Shown here: piece after piece, positions 47,616 to 56,835 of the stretch
Layout of the letters: each line of letters starts with the position of its first letter
Position numbering within the stretch: the first letter of the stretch is position 1
DNA from: a virus
Length of the DNA stretch: 64,000 nucleotides
Strand: one strand, 5' to 3'
IMG/VR virus record: IMGVR_UViG_3300029258_001212
Coordinates: 64,001 to 128,000 of that record
Made by a program: the position numbers and the translations under genes
Notes under the pieces: model-generated
What the model saw: only the letters and a program-made list of their open reading frames with translations
Database searches by the model: none
What the model was told of the DNA's origin: nothing

Positions 47616-48613
47616 TGCGTGAGCTGGACCTGATCTCTGTGCTCGAGCAGTGCGGATGCAGGCGCATCCGGACTTATGGCGAAGAGGTGCGCTCGACGTG
47701 TCCAGACGAGGCCAGCCACAGCCGTGGCATGGATCGGAATCCATCGTTTTCAGCGCGCATCAATCCGGACGGCTACTCCCCCTACTTCTGCCAGGCGTGC
47801 GGGCTCAAGGGGACGGTGGAGTTCCTCGCGCTGGAACATGGGATGCCCCAGTACATGCCCGAGAAAGGGCGCAAGTACGATCCGGAGGATTGGTTCCCTG
47901 CGGAGAACCGAGAGCTGTGGGGTGGCGATGAGGAGACCTGTATCCTGATGCCTCCAGAGGAGCTCCTCCGGCGGTTCCAGGGTGGCATTCCGCGCTACTT
48001 GGTGGAGCGTGGCGTGGAGCTCGAGACGGCGAAGCGGTGGGAGCTCGGATTCGACCGGGAGTTCAAGCGGGCGATGTTCACGATTCGGGATCGCCTTGGG
48101 CGTTTCCGCGGTGTGTGCGGGCGTGCATTGTTCAAGCAACAGAAGCCGAAGTATTGCCACTACTCATGGGACACCAGGGAGGAAAAGCTGGTGCCGTGGG
48201 TGGACTACAACCGGTACAAGGAATTCCTGCGAGTTGAGAAGCGCCTGATCTGCTACGGCGAGCACATGGTGAAAGTGCCAGCGAAGCGGCTCCTGGTCAC
48301 CGAGGGGCACCTGGACGTGGTGCTGAGTGACCAGGCGGGGGTTCCGGCGGTGGGGCTCCAGGGGAGCAAGCCGAGCGATGAGCAAGTGGAGACGATTCTC
48401 GAGCTCCTGGACCGTGATGGCGAGCTGGTGGTGGGGTTGGACCAGGACCAGTACGGCCGGGAAGGCAGGGATGAGCTGATCGCCAAGCTGGACGGACGGG
48501 TCCCCCTGTTTGACCCCAGGTTTCCAGAGGGCAAGGACCCAGCGGACCTGGTGCTCGAGGACCCAGGCGCCTACTGCGAGTTGGTGGCATCGGCGCGGGT
48601 GATTCAATGTTGA
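47615..48613 (+). CDS. dnaG: DNA primase (Zn finger plus TOPRIM)
   Basis: CP..H..CQAC, VTEGHLD, LDQDQYG, GKDPAD. Confidence 0.88.
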   Translation: MRELDLISVLEQCGCRRIRTYGEEVRSTCPDEASHSRGMDRNPSFSARINPDGYSPYFCQACGLKGTVEFLALEHGMPQYMPEKGRKYDPEDWFPAENRELWGGDEETCILMPPEELLRRFQGGIPRYLVERGVELETAKRWELGFDREFKRAMFTIRDRLGRFRGVCGRALFKQQKPKYCHYSWDTREEKLVPWVDYNRYKEFLRVEKRLICYGEHMVKVPAKRLLVTEGHLDVVLSDQAGVPAVGLQGSKPSDEQVETILELLDRDGELVVGLDQDQYGREGRDELIAKLDGRVPLFDPRFPEGKDPADLVLEDPGAYCELVASARVIQC

Positions 48614-48646
48614 CAAAGCTGGTGGACACTGTATTTTGGAGTGTCC
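48610..48646 (+). promoter_or_regulatory. Possible sigma70 promoter with inverted repeat
   Basis: TTGACA, 16 bp, TATTTT; GGACAC/GTGTCC IR. Confidence 0.4.
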
Positions 48647-48692
48647 GTTTTTCGCAATACCTGGATGAAAGAGAACAACAAGGAGAACAACG

Positions 48693-49517
48693 ATGAGCTG
48701 GTACACAACAGGCGAAGACAACCTGGACGAGGACGAGCGCCAAGAAAAGGAAGAGAATCAATCCAAGGGCGCCAAGCGGTTCTTCCTCCGGGAGAACACG
48801 GAACGGGAGATCATCTTCCTTTCCAACGATGCGGTGCGGATCTGGGAGCACAACCCCCTGGTCAACGGCGAGTGGAAGCCGGACAACTGGTACACGTGTC
48901 GCCAGGGAGTGTTCCGCGAGGACCCCACGTGCGCCATGTGCCAGGCGGGCATCTCGCGCTACAAGATGGGCTTCTACACCATCCTGGACACCACGGCGTT
49001 CACCTACAAGGGGCGCGAGTACAAGAACCTCCGGCGGCTTCTCGCGCTGCGGCTCGAGGGACTCAAGAAGATCAAGATCAAAAAGGATCGCGTGGGCGGC
49101 CTGGTCGGGCGCCGATTCCTGTTTGCTCGTACCAGCGCGAAGTCGCCCAACGTCGGAAACGACTGGGAGCCCATGGGCCAGGAGGACACCTTCCGCGCGT
49201 GCCCCGAGTGCCGTATGGAGCTCCAGGACCGCGAGGGCGAGGGCGGCGTCACCGAGCACTTCTGTGGCGGATGCGGCTACACCGGTGATGGCCTGTTCCT
49301 TTTGTCGGACAAGCAATACTGGTGGAAGGACCGGGAGGGAGGAGTCCATCCCCCGATGCCCTATGACCTGAAGAAGATCCTCGCCCCCATGAGCAACGAT
49401 GAGCTCCGGCGTGCCCTGCGTGAAGGTGGACGCCAGACGAGCCAGCCCGAGAGCTCCAAGCAAACCGAGATGCACGACAACAACGGTCCCGGTGCCGATG
49501 AGGAGATTCCGTTCTAA
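48693..49517 (+). CDS. ssDNA-binding protein, gp32-like
   Basis: RFFL, WEH, TC..CAMC Zn site, acidic DEEIPF tail. Confidence 0.7.
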   Translation: MSWYTTGEDNLDEDERQEKEENQSKGAKRFFLRENTEREIIFLSNDAVRIWEHNPLVNGEWKPDNWYTCRQGVFREDPTCAMCQAGISRYKMGFYTILDTTAFTYKGREYKNLRRLLALRLEGLKKIKIKKDRVGGLVGRRFLFARTSAKSPNVGNDWEPMGQEDTFRACPECRMELQDREGEGGVTEHFCGGCGYTGDGLFLLSDKQYWWKDREGGVHPPMPYDLKKILAPMSNDELRRALREGGRQTSQPESSKQTEMHDNNGPGADEEIPF

Positions 49518-50842
49518 TGCTTTCGGTTGGCGGATGGGCGTGGCTCGCGCCGGAAGATTGGACGCCGCGGGGCCTGGATTCGCTCCGGCGCAGCTTGCAC
49601 GTGACCCCCCGAAGGGACGAGCGTGACAAGCGAGGGTCACGACCCATCCGCCTTTACACTGAACGTGACGGTCTCCTGGGAATCCCCAGGGAGCACAAGG
49701 AGATCACCAAGTACGGGGGGCCCATTGACTACCAGGTGTCGGAAGGGAGCCCCATCAACCTCACGTTCAACGGCCGGCTCCGGGACGACCAGCCGGAGGC
49801 CACAGAGGCCGTGGTCAACTACCTCCGCTCTGCCCCGGCCGCCGGTGGAATCATGCAGGCCATCGGTGGCTGGGGCAAGACGGTCTGGGCGGCGAACGTG
49901 ATTGCGACCTTGGGTGTTACCACCCTGGTGATGGTCCACCGGGGCTACCTGGTGAACCAGTGGCGCAAGCGCCTCGAGGCGTTCCTGCCTGGGGTGCGGA
50001 TTGGCATTGTGCAACAGGAGCGGTGCGAGATTCAGGACGTGGACGTGGTGATCGCCATGATCCACAGCCTGGCCGGAGACCGCCAGTACCCCGAGGAACT
50101 CTATACCTGGCCCGGGCTCCTGATCACCGATGAGGTTCACATTCTGGGAGCTGACACCTGGGCCCCGGTGGCCCCCCGCTTCCCCGCCAGGTGGCGGCTC
50201 GGCCTGAGCGCCACACCTCGCCGCAAGGACGGGGCGGACAAGGTGTTCCGTCTGCACATCGGGAAGGTGCTCCACGTCGGCAAGCGTGGGACGATGCAAG
50301 GGGTGGTACGGCGGGTGTGGACCGACTGGGCACCGATCCGTCGCCAGGGCGACAACGGCGAGCTCCCGGACTTCGTGATCATGCGGAAGCTGGTGGCGAG
50401 CTCCTACCGAAACCAGATGGTCCTGGAGCAGCTCCTGAAGGCCGTGGCGGCCGGCCGAAAGGTGATCGTGTTCTCTGCCCAGCGAAAGCACCTGGACACC
50501 CTCCACGCGATGCTCCTCGAGGCCCAGCCGGATGCGGATGCGGACTTCTACGTCGGGGGCAGGAAGCAGGAGGAGCTCGACAAGGCCGAGCTCGCCCAGG
50601 TGATCTTCGCCACCTACAAGATGGCGAAGGAAGCCTTAGACATTCCGGACCTGGACTGCATGTTTGTCGCCAGCCCCATCGGGGACATTGAACAGGCGTA
50701 CTACCGGGTGACTCGCAAGGTTGAGGGCAAGAAGCAGCCGGTGGTGGTGGACTTCATTGACAGCCCGGAGGTGCCCCTCTACCAGCACCTGTGGCGAAGC
50801 CGTGAGCGGTTCTACCGCCGCATGAAGGCGCTACCCTACTGA
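49517..50842 (+). CDS. SF2 helicase (UvsW/XPB-like)
   Basis: GWGKT, DEVH, SATP, EALDIP, QAYYRVTR. Confidence 0.9.
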   Translation: MLSVGGWAWLAPEDWTPRGLDSLRRSLHVTPRRDERDKRGSRPIRLYTERDGLLGIPREHKEITKYGGPIDYQVSEGSPINLTFNGRLRDDQPEATEAVVNYLRSAPAAGGIMQAIGGWGKTVWAANVIATLGVTTLVMVHRGYLVNQWRKRLEAFLPGVRIGIVQQERCEIQDVDVVIAMIHSLAGDRQYPEELYTWPGLLITDEVHILGADTWAPVAPRFPARWRLGLSATPRRKDGADKVFRLHIGKVLHVGKRGTMQGVVRRVWTDWAPIRRQGDNGELPDFVIMRKLVASSYRNQMVLEQLLKAVAAGRKVIVFSAQRKHLDTLHAMLLEAQPDADADFYVGGRKQEELDKAELAQVIFATYKMAKEALDIPDLDCMFVASPIGDIEQAYYRVTRKVEGKKQPVVVDFIDSPEVPLYQHLWRSRERFYRRMKALPY

Positions 50843-51645
50843 TGGGCAACCGGGACGATTACTACGCCCAGTGGTACGCGGAGAACCGGGCGCGGAGGAA
50901 CGCCAGGCGCCGCAAGCGGTGGCGCGAGGACCCAGCATACCGAAGGCGCCAGGTGCGGAAGCGGCCACGAAGGCGCAAGCGGTCAAGGGACCGACAGCAC
51001 TTGGCACCCCTCGAGCTCGAGGCCGGTGGGCGCGTGATCGTGCTGTGGAGCGTGGGCGTGCTGGCGAAGTGGATCGGTCGCACCGTTCGGACCGTGGATT
51101 CGTGGCAGGCCCGCGGCGCCCTTCCCGAGACCCCGTTTCGGCGGGGTGGAGTGCGCTACTACAGCGAGGGCATGATCAAGGCGATTCAAGATGCCCTCAC
51201 TCGGGCAGGCGGGCGCGTGCGAGACGATGATGCCCTTTGGTACTACCGCGTGTTGCTCCAGTGGCTCCAGGGGGACCTGGCGCACCTCGAGGAGCACGTG
51301 GACGTGGAGCCCAAGGAGCTCCGCCGCGTGTACCAGGACGGCGAACTGGTGGCCTACACGGTGCTGGGCGCATCCGAGGAGCTCGGGCGCCAGGTGCAGA
51401 CCGTGGTGGATTGGCAGCGATGTGGGCTGATCCCCAGGACCCCGCTTCGCTATGGCGAGGAGGAAGTATTCACGCCCGGGATGATCCGGGCTCTATCTGC
51501 GGCCGTACAAGCCCGCGGGGGCGTGGTGCCGTGGCAGGACGCCACGTTGCGCCGGGAGCTGCGGGAGGCATGGCGGCCGGAAATCAAGGCGTACAGGCGC
51601 CGCATGAAGGGAGCAACATGGCAGGCAAGGAAAAACACGAGGTAG
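50842..51645 (+). CDS. Protein with two tandem MerR-like HTH domains
   Basis: WSVGVLAKWIGRTVRTVDSWQARGALP and YTVLGASEELGRQVQTVVDWQRCGLIP. Confidence 0.75.
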   Translation: MGNRDDYYAQWYAENRARRNARRRKRWREDPAYRRRQVRKRPRRRKRSRDRQHLAPLELEAGGRVIVLWSVGVLAKWIGRTVRTVDSWQARGALPETPFRRGGVRYYSEGMIKAIQDALTRAGGRVRDDDALWYYRVLLQWLQGDLAHLEEHVDVEPKELRRVYQDGELVAYTVLGASEELGRQVQTVVDWQRCGLIPRTPLRYGEEEVFTPGMIRALSAAVQARGGVVPWQDATLRRELREAWRPEIKAYRRRMKGATWQARKNTR

Positions 51646-51944
51646 CGAGCGAGGTGACAGTGGGCAGCTCGGTGGAAATCCACAAGAACCAGATCTGGGC
51701 CAAGGAGGTGATGGAGCCCGTGGCGATTCACGATTTCATCACCGAGCCGGCCGTGATCAACATCAGCAAGGGCGTCACCATCAGCCCGGCGCGATTCGAG
51801 TTCGTGCGGGTGGACGTGAGCCTCAAGATGCCCTGCTACGCGGAGCACGTGGACGAGACCTTCGAGCAGGCCACCAGGTGGGTGGACGAGCGCCTCGGGG
51901 AAGAGATCGATGCCACGAAGGAAGCTCTAAGCAAGGGGAAGTAA
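51618..51944 (+). CDS. Hypothetical protein
   Basis: GGAG RBS; FEFVRVDVSL motif. Confidence 0.6.
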   Translation: MAGKEKHEVASEVTVGSSVEIHKNQIWAKEVMEPVAIHDFITEPAVINISKGVTISPARFEFVRVDVSLKMPCYAEHVDETFEQATRWVDERLGEEIDATKEALSKGK

Positions 51945-51945
51945 C

Positions 51946-53136
51946 ATGGCCAAGAAGTCGCCACCCAGTGCCCTGGCCACGCTCGCCCAGAGCATCGTTA
52001 AGAACCACGGTGTCGGAACGCTGATGACGGCGGACCGCGTGGCACACGTGTTACTCCCCCGGGTGAGCTCCGGGATCTTCGAGCTGGACAAGGCGCTGGG
52101 CGGCGGCTGGCCGGCCGGGCGCGTGTCCATGGTCTACGGGTGGGAGTCCACCGGGAAGACCAGCCTGTTTGTCCGCGCCGTGGCGAATGCCCAGCGCCTG
52201 TGCGGCACGTGCTTCCAACCGGCGAAGCTGGTGAAGGGGGAGGTGGAGACGATCAACCCCAACACCGGCGAGGTAGAGATCCGGGAGTCTATGATCGTGG
52301 GCGAGTGCGCGTGCGGGAAGCCCAAGTCCATTCGGACGGCCTGGGTGGACCAGGAGGGCACCTGGGACGGGGAGTGGGCCAGGCGCCTCGGGGTATTCGA
52401 GGAGCGGGTGATTCTGTCGCGCCCCCTGTACTCCGAGCAGACGGTGGACGTGATTGACGCCATCATGGAGCTCGGGGCGTCGGACATTATCGTGCTGGAC
52501 AGCATCGGTGCGATGGCCCCCTCCAAGGAGCTCGAGGACAGCGCGGTGGACAGTATCAACAACCCCGGGCTCCAGGCGCGCATCATGAACAGCGCCATCC
52601 GCAAGTGGATCAGCCAGCTCATCGCCAAGATGCGGGACGCCATGCGGGACAACATCGAACCGGCCCAGGTGGTGCCCACCCTGTGGCTGGTGAACCAGCT
52701 CCGCCTGAAGATCGGGGTGGCCTTCGGGAACCCCGAGGTAGTGACCGGCGGGCGCGGTCAGGGATTCGCTACGAGCTGCGAGGTTCGCACCAAGACGGTG
52801 AAGTACACTCAGAACGACAAGGGGGACGAGACCTACAAGGTGCAGCTCGGATTCACCGTCAACAAGAACAAGACGGCCCCGGCCAAGCGCAAGGGCGTCT
52901 ACACCCTCTGCATGAGTCCCCAGGGGCCATTCCAGCTCGGGGACGTGATGGACCAGGGACACGTGCTCAACTGGGGGCTCAAGGTGGGGCTGGTCACCGA
53001 GGTGTCCGCCAAGAAGCTCGGCTACAACGGCGAGGAGTACCTGGGCAAAAAGGGGCTGATCGAACACTGGGCAGCGCATCCGGATGAGTACGAGGAAGCG
53101 AAGCGGATCATCATGGCGCAGATCACTGCCCAGTGA
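51946..53136 (+). CDS. recA: RecA/UvsX recombinase
   Basis: SSGIFELDKALGGGWPAGR, GWESTGKT, IVLDSIGAM, NQLRLKIG, KNKTAP. Confidence 0.92.
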   Translation: MAKKSPPSALATLAQSIVKNHGVGTLMTADRVAHVLLPRVSSGIFELDKALGGGWPAGRVSMVYGWESTGKTSLFVRAVANAQRLCGTCFQPAKLVKGEVETINPNTGEVEIRESMIVGECACGKPKSIRTAWVDQEGTWDGEWARRLGVFEERVILSRPLYSEQTVDVIDAIMELGASDIIVLDSIGAMAPSKELEDSAVDSINNPGLQARIMNSAIRKWISQLIAKMRDAMRDNIEPAQVVPTLWLVNQLRLKIGVAFGNPEVVTGGRGQGFATSCEVRTKTVKYTQNDKGDETYKVQLGFTVNKNKTAPAKRKGVYTLCMSPQGPFQLGDVMDQGHVLNWGLKVGLVTEVSAKKLGYNGEEYLGKKGLIEHWAAHPDEYEEAKRIIMAQITAQ

Positions 53137-53138
53137 AC

Positions 53139-53206
53139 ACCCTCTTGACTCTTACTCCTCAAGAGGGGAGATAAGGTTAATTAAGCAGAAGCAATGAGCG
53201 TGCCAA
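53139..53206. repeat. Dispersed element, copy 5
   Basis: ACCCTCTTGACTCTTACTCCTCAAGAGGGGAGATAAGGTTAATTAAGCAGAAGCAATGAGCGTGCCAA. Confidence 0.9.
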
Positions 53207-53207
53207 C

Positions 53208-53648
53208 TTGAAACCGAAGCGACAGCGCGGTCAGCAGCCCACCCTCAAGCGGCGGTGGCTTGACCAGGAGACCGATGGCCGGAGCACCCCAAGGAGCGTG
53301 AAGCGCCAGGAGCGCCACCTGGGCAAGCTGATGGGCGGGCGGCGCCGCCCAGGGTCCGGGAGCAACAAGCTCGCCCCCGGGGATGCAGTGGGGCGCTTCG
53401 AGCTCGGGGAGGCAAAGCAGACGGCGGCGAAGTCCATCAGCATCAAACGCGCCTGGCTGGCCCAGATCGAAAACGAGGCGGCCGGGGAGGGGCGCGTGCC
53501 GGTGTTCCACCTCGAGTGGATCGGCTTCGAGGGGGACCCGGAGTGCAAGTTCATGACACCCGGCTGGGCGATGGTTCCGGACTGGTATTTGGCGAAGCTC
53601 ATGGAGGCGTACCATGCGGGAGATGGTGACGTGGAAGGCTCTGAATGA
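53208..53648 (+). CDS. PD-(D/E)xK nuclease, Holliday junction resolvase-like
   Basis: QERHLG..GSGS..GDAV..EAKQT. Confidence 0.7.
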   Translation: MKPKRQRGQQPTLKRRWLDQETDGRSTPRSVKRQERHLGKLMGGRRRPGSGSNKLAPGDAVGRFELGEAKQTAAKSISIKRAWLAQIENEAAGEGRVPVFHLEWIGFEGDPECKFMTPGWAMVPDWYLAKLMEAYHAGDGDVEGSE

Positions 53649-54057
53649 CCACCAGCGCCAGCGCGCCACCGAGGAGGCCCAGAAGCTCCTCCGGTGGTGC
53701 GCGAGCTGGGCGGACCAGGTGCGGCCCTGGGGGCACGTGGTGGACGGCCGGCGTGTGCGGGGACTGGTGGAGGAGGAGAACCGGCACCTCACGGATCGGC
53801 TGGACGCGACCGTGGTGCGGGTGCTGTCCGGACTGAAAAAGGACATTGCGCGCCCACTGGTTCCCTTGTACGTGGCTGTGTGGACGGCGGCCATGGAGAT
53901 TGAAGCTGGCGAGATTCCGCCCCAGGTGGAGCTCGCCATCGTGCTGGCGATGGTTCGGGTGCAGAGCACGGCGCGATTCGTCCATCTTTACAACAAGTCA
54001 CCCGGAGATAAGACCCTCGCCGCGGAGATGAAGCGGCGGGGCCTGATTCGGAGGTAG
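53614..54057 (+). CDS. Hypothetical protein
   Basis: GGAGG RBS; coupled ORF. Confidence 0.55.
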   Translation: MREMVTWKALNDHQRQRATEEAQKLLRWCASWADQVRPWGHVVDGRRVRGLVEEENRHLTDRLDATVVRVLSGLKKDIARPLVPLYVAVWTAAMEIEAGEIPPQVELAIVLAMVRVQSTARFVHLYNKSPGDKTLAAEMKRRGLIRR

Positions 54058-54062
54058 CAGCG

Positions 54063-54434
54063 ATGGCGAGAACCTACAGCGTGAACCGGACGTGCGACCG
54101 TTGCGGAGGCACCATGAAATCCGTGCAGCTCGAGATCGGCCAGGTGCCCGAGCCCCAGGAGGACGAGGTGGAGCTCGAGGTGTTCAAGATCTTCCTGGGC
54201 GGCCAGGGGCACGCCTACGCAGATCTGTGCCCCAAGTGCGAGAAGACCCTCACGCGGATCTTCAAGGACGCCGGGCCGATCAAGCGCAGCCACAACAACG
54301 AAACCGAGGTGGACAGCGGTGCCGAGAGCGGCGGTGCCGAGACCACCGAGGAGCCAGAGGGCGGCAACGGCACGAAGGGCCGGACCAGGATGGGGGCACC
54401 GAAGCCCCCGACGCGCCCCGAGGTGCCGAAATGA
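54063..54434 (+). CDS. Zn-binding protein (CDRC...DLCPKC)
   Basis: Common phage motif; GGAGG RBS. Confidence 0.6.
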   Translation: MARTYSVNRTCDRCGGTMKSVQLEIGQVPEPQEDEVELEVFKIFLGGQGHAYADLCPKCEKTLTRIFKDAGPIKRSHNNETEVDSGAESGGAETTEEPEGGNGTKGRTRMGAPKPPTRPEVPK

Positions 54435-55150
54435 CCCCAGATGAGGCGAGACTGAAGCTCCTCGAGGATGTGATCCGGAAGCAGATCCCATCCTTCGAGG
54501 TGCGCTTCAAGGACAAGGGGCCCGGGTCTGGCGGCCAGAAGCTGATCGCCAAGCTGATCTGGCTGTTCAACCGGGAGTACATGACCCGCTACATCAGCAC
54601 GTTCTACCCTCGGGTGTACTGGCCCACCGAGGCAGACTACAGGGACGATCCGCGTGGGGCGTTCAAGACGCTGGCGCACGAAGCCGTCCACCTCATGGAC
54701 GATCACCGGCGCCGTGGCTGGTTTGCGTTCTCTTACCTGTTGCCGGCGGTGCTGGCCCCGTTGGCGCTCGGCGCCCTGGCGGCTATCTGGGCGAGCAACT
54801 GGTTCCTGATGTTCCTGGTGGCCCTGGTGTTCCTCCTGCCCCTGCCGGCCTACTGGCGGATGTGGTGGGAGCTCCGCGGCTACAGCATGAGCATGGCCAT
54901 GTACGCTTGGCGGGACGGGAGCATCCCGGCGGACACGAAGACCTGGATGGCGGAGCGGTTCACCGGGCCTGCTTACTATTTCATGTGGCCTTTCAAGCGC
55001 GGGATCATGCGGCGCCTCGCCGCATCCGAAAAGGCCATTCACAACGGTGACATACTGAAGTGGGGGCCGATCTACGCCCAGGTTCACCGGATCCAGAAGC
55101 TGTCCGACTCCGAGGCGGTGGCACTGGCGTCCCGGGAGGGGGGGAGCTGA
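54431..55150 (+). CDS. Membrane HExxH metallopeptidase-like protein
   Basis: LAHEAVH, two TM segments, WELRGY. Confidence 0.65.
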   Translation: MTPDEARLKLLEDVIRKQIPSFEVRFKDKGPGSGGQKLIAKLIWLFNREYMTRYISTFYPRVYWPTEADYRDDPRGAFKTLAHEAVHLMDDHRRRGWFAFSYLLPAVLAPLALGALAAIWASNWFLMFLVALVFLLPLPAYWRMWWELRGYSMSMAMYAWRDGSIPADTKTWMAERFTGPAYYFMWPFKRGIMRRLAASEKAIHNGDILKWGPIYAQVHRIQKLSDSEAVALASREGGS

Positions 55151-55386
55151 TGGCAGGGACCGGTGACCTGGAGAGCCGGATCGCCAAGCTCGAGACCGGC
55201 ATGAAGCGGGTGGACAAGGCCATCGTCCAGCTCCTTGAGCTGGTCCAGGAGGTGGGCGGATTGACTATCAGCCTGGTTTCTGTTCTGATTTCGGGTTCAA
55301 GGATCCGTGCAGGAGCCAAATCGAAGCTGCGGAGCCGTGCCGATGGGCTGGCCGAGCGGTTCGGCGGAGATGATGATGAAGCATGA
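55150..55386 (+). CDS. Small coiled-coil protein
   Basis: Coupled ORF. Confidence 0.5.
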   Translation: MAGTGDLESRIAKLETGMKRVDKAIVQLLELVQEVGGLTISLVSVLISGSRIRAGAKSKLRSRADGLAERFGGDDDEA

Positions 55387-56812
55387 TTACCAGCGATTGA
55401 GTCTGGTGCAGCTCCGAAAGGGGTGCAAGCGCCCCGAGGTTGGGCTCCTACAGAGCGCCATGGCCCACCTGGGCTACTACAAGGGCGCCATCGACAACTG
55501 GTTTGGGCGGGCCACCCAGGGGCGCCAGGGCTCGGATGGGCGCCCTGTGGACGGCCTGGTGCGGTTCCAGGCAGACCACGGGCTGGACCAGGACGGCGTG
55601 GCCGGGAAGATCACCCAGACGCTGCTACTGCGCCAGGCGGAGGCGGCCGGGTGGAAGCCTGAGCTGCGGCTTCAGATCCAATCCGTGATCACCTACTTCG
55701 AGACCAGCACTACCATGGACGCCTACGGCATGTCCGAATCGGACATTGGCGATGGCGCTGGGGCCAACTACGGGTTCATGCAGTCCAACAGCCTGGGCAG
55801 CGTGGAGCATGTGCTCAAGCTGGCCGGCGCGGAGCACCTGGTGGACGTGTACCGGGGCAGCGGGAAGTCCGAAGAGTGGATCCGCGAGTGGCTGGTGCGT
55901 CCAGGCGTTGCCCAGCGCAGTCCGACGATCCGGAAGATCGCCAATCGGGCGCGCGAGGAGCTCAAGATCGAAGAGGACGACATGCCTGGGATCGAGGAGT
56001 GGGCCGGGCGCCCGGACCTGGCGAAGTATTGGCGGGACGCCATCGAAGACTTCCCCAGGGCCTACCTGGACATTCCAAACCCAACGATCCAGAGCTGGTT
56101 CGGCTCGGTGAAGGGGATCGAAGCTCAGGACGTGTACTTCGATGAGGTGGTGCTCAGGGTGGCCAAGCGCCAGATGAAGGATCTACCGGAGATCTGCGAC
56201 TGGGAAGGTCACCCGAAGCTGCACCGGTACTGGGAGCGGGCGCTGCTACTGTTCTGCGACACCGTGATTCAGAACGGCGGGATGTGGAGCTCCTACGCCA
56301 GACCGTTCTGGAAGGACACCGTGGGCGTGGACTCCTATCCGCCCAGGCACAAGCTGATGGAGCTCTACACCGGCACCTGGTGGGATGGGCTCCTGGGGAA
56401 ATACATTCCCTACAAGGACCTGAAGGAGCTCTGGTGGGCGGAGCTCAAGCGCCAGGAGGCGGCCCACGAGGGCAAGCCCAGAACGGCCAAGCGCGCGGCG
56501 AACCGAGAGCTTTGCCGGCGCATCATGGAGGAGAACATCCCCGAAGACGATCCCGTGTCCAAGCTGGTGCTTCTCGCCCAGTGGCGGGCGCGTACCAGTT
56601 CACCGAAGTGGTGGTACATCGCCGTGGCGTGTCGCCGGATGCTGGACGCAACCGGCCATGGCGTCGTGAACGGTGCGACCATCGACCTGGTGGCGGACTA
56701 TCGCCTTGGTGTCCAGCGTGACCCAGATGAAAAAAGCCCGGGAAGAACAATCCGGGAGACCTATCTCAAGGACCACCACGCGGACATTCTGGAGAAGCTC
56801 GGGATCGGCTGA
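55370..56812 (+). CDS. Peptidoglycan-binding domain plus lysozyme-fold (GH46-like) hydrolase, endolysin candidate
   Basis: LQSAMAHLGY..IDNWFG..FQADHGLDQDGVAG; ITYFETS, DGAGANYGFMQ, DTVIQNG. Confidence 0.75.
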   Translation: MMMKHDYQRLSLVQLRKGCKRPEVGLLQSAMAHLGYYKGAIDNWFGRATQGRQGSDGRPVDGLVRFQADHGLDQDGVAGKITQTLLLRQAEAAGWKPELRLQIQSVITYFETSTTMDAYGMSESDIGDGAGANYGFMQSNSLGSVEHVLKLAGAEHLVDVYRGSGKSEEWIREWLVRPGVAQRSPTIRKIANRAREELKIEEDDMPGIEEWAGRPDLAKYWRDAIEDFPRAYLDIPNPTIQSWFGSVKGIEAQDVYFDEVVLRVAKRQMKDLPEICDWEGHPKLHRYWERALLLFCDTVIQNGGMWSSYARPFWKDTVGVDSYPPRHKLMELYTGTWWDGLLGKYIPYKDLKELWWAELKRQEAAHEGKPRTAKRAANRELCRRIMEENIPEDDPVSKLVLLAQWRARTSSPKWWYIAVACRRMLDATGHGVVNGATIDLVADYRLGVQRDPDEKSPGRTIRETYLKDHHADILEKLGIG

Positions 56813-56835
56813 CGGGTTACGCAAGGAGGATCGGT

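Noticed and set aside
52186-52330. Intein in RecA
   Set aside because: Too short and lacks the terminal His-Asn/Cys splice motifs
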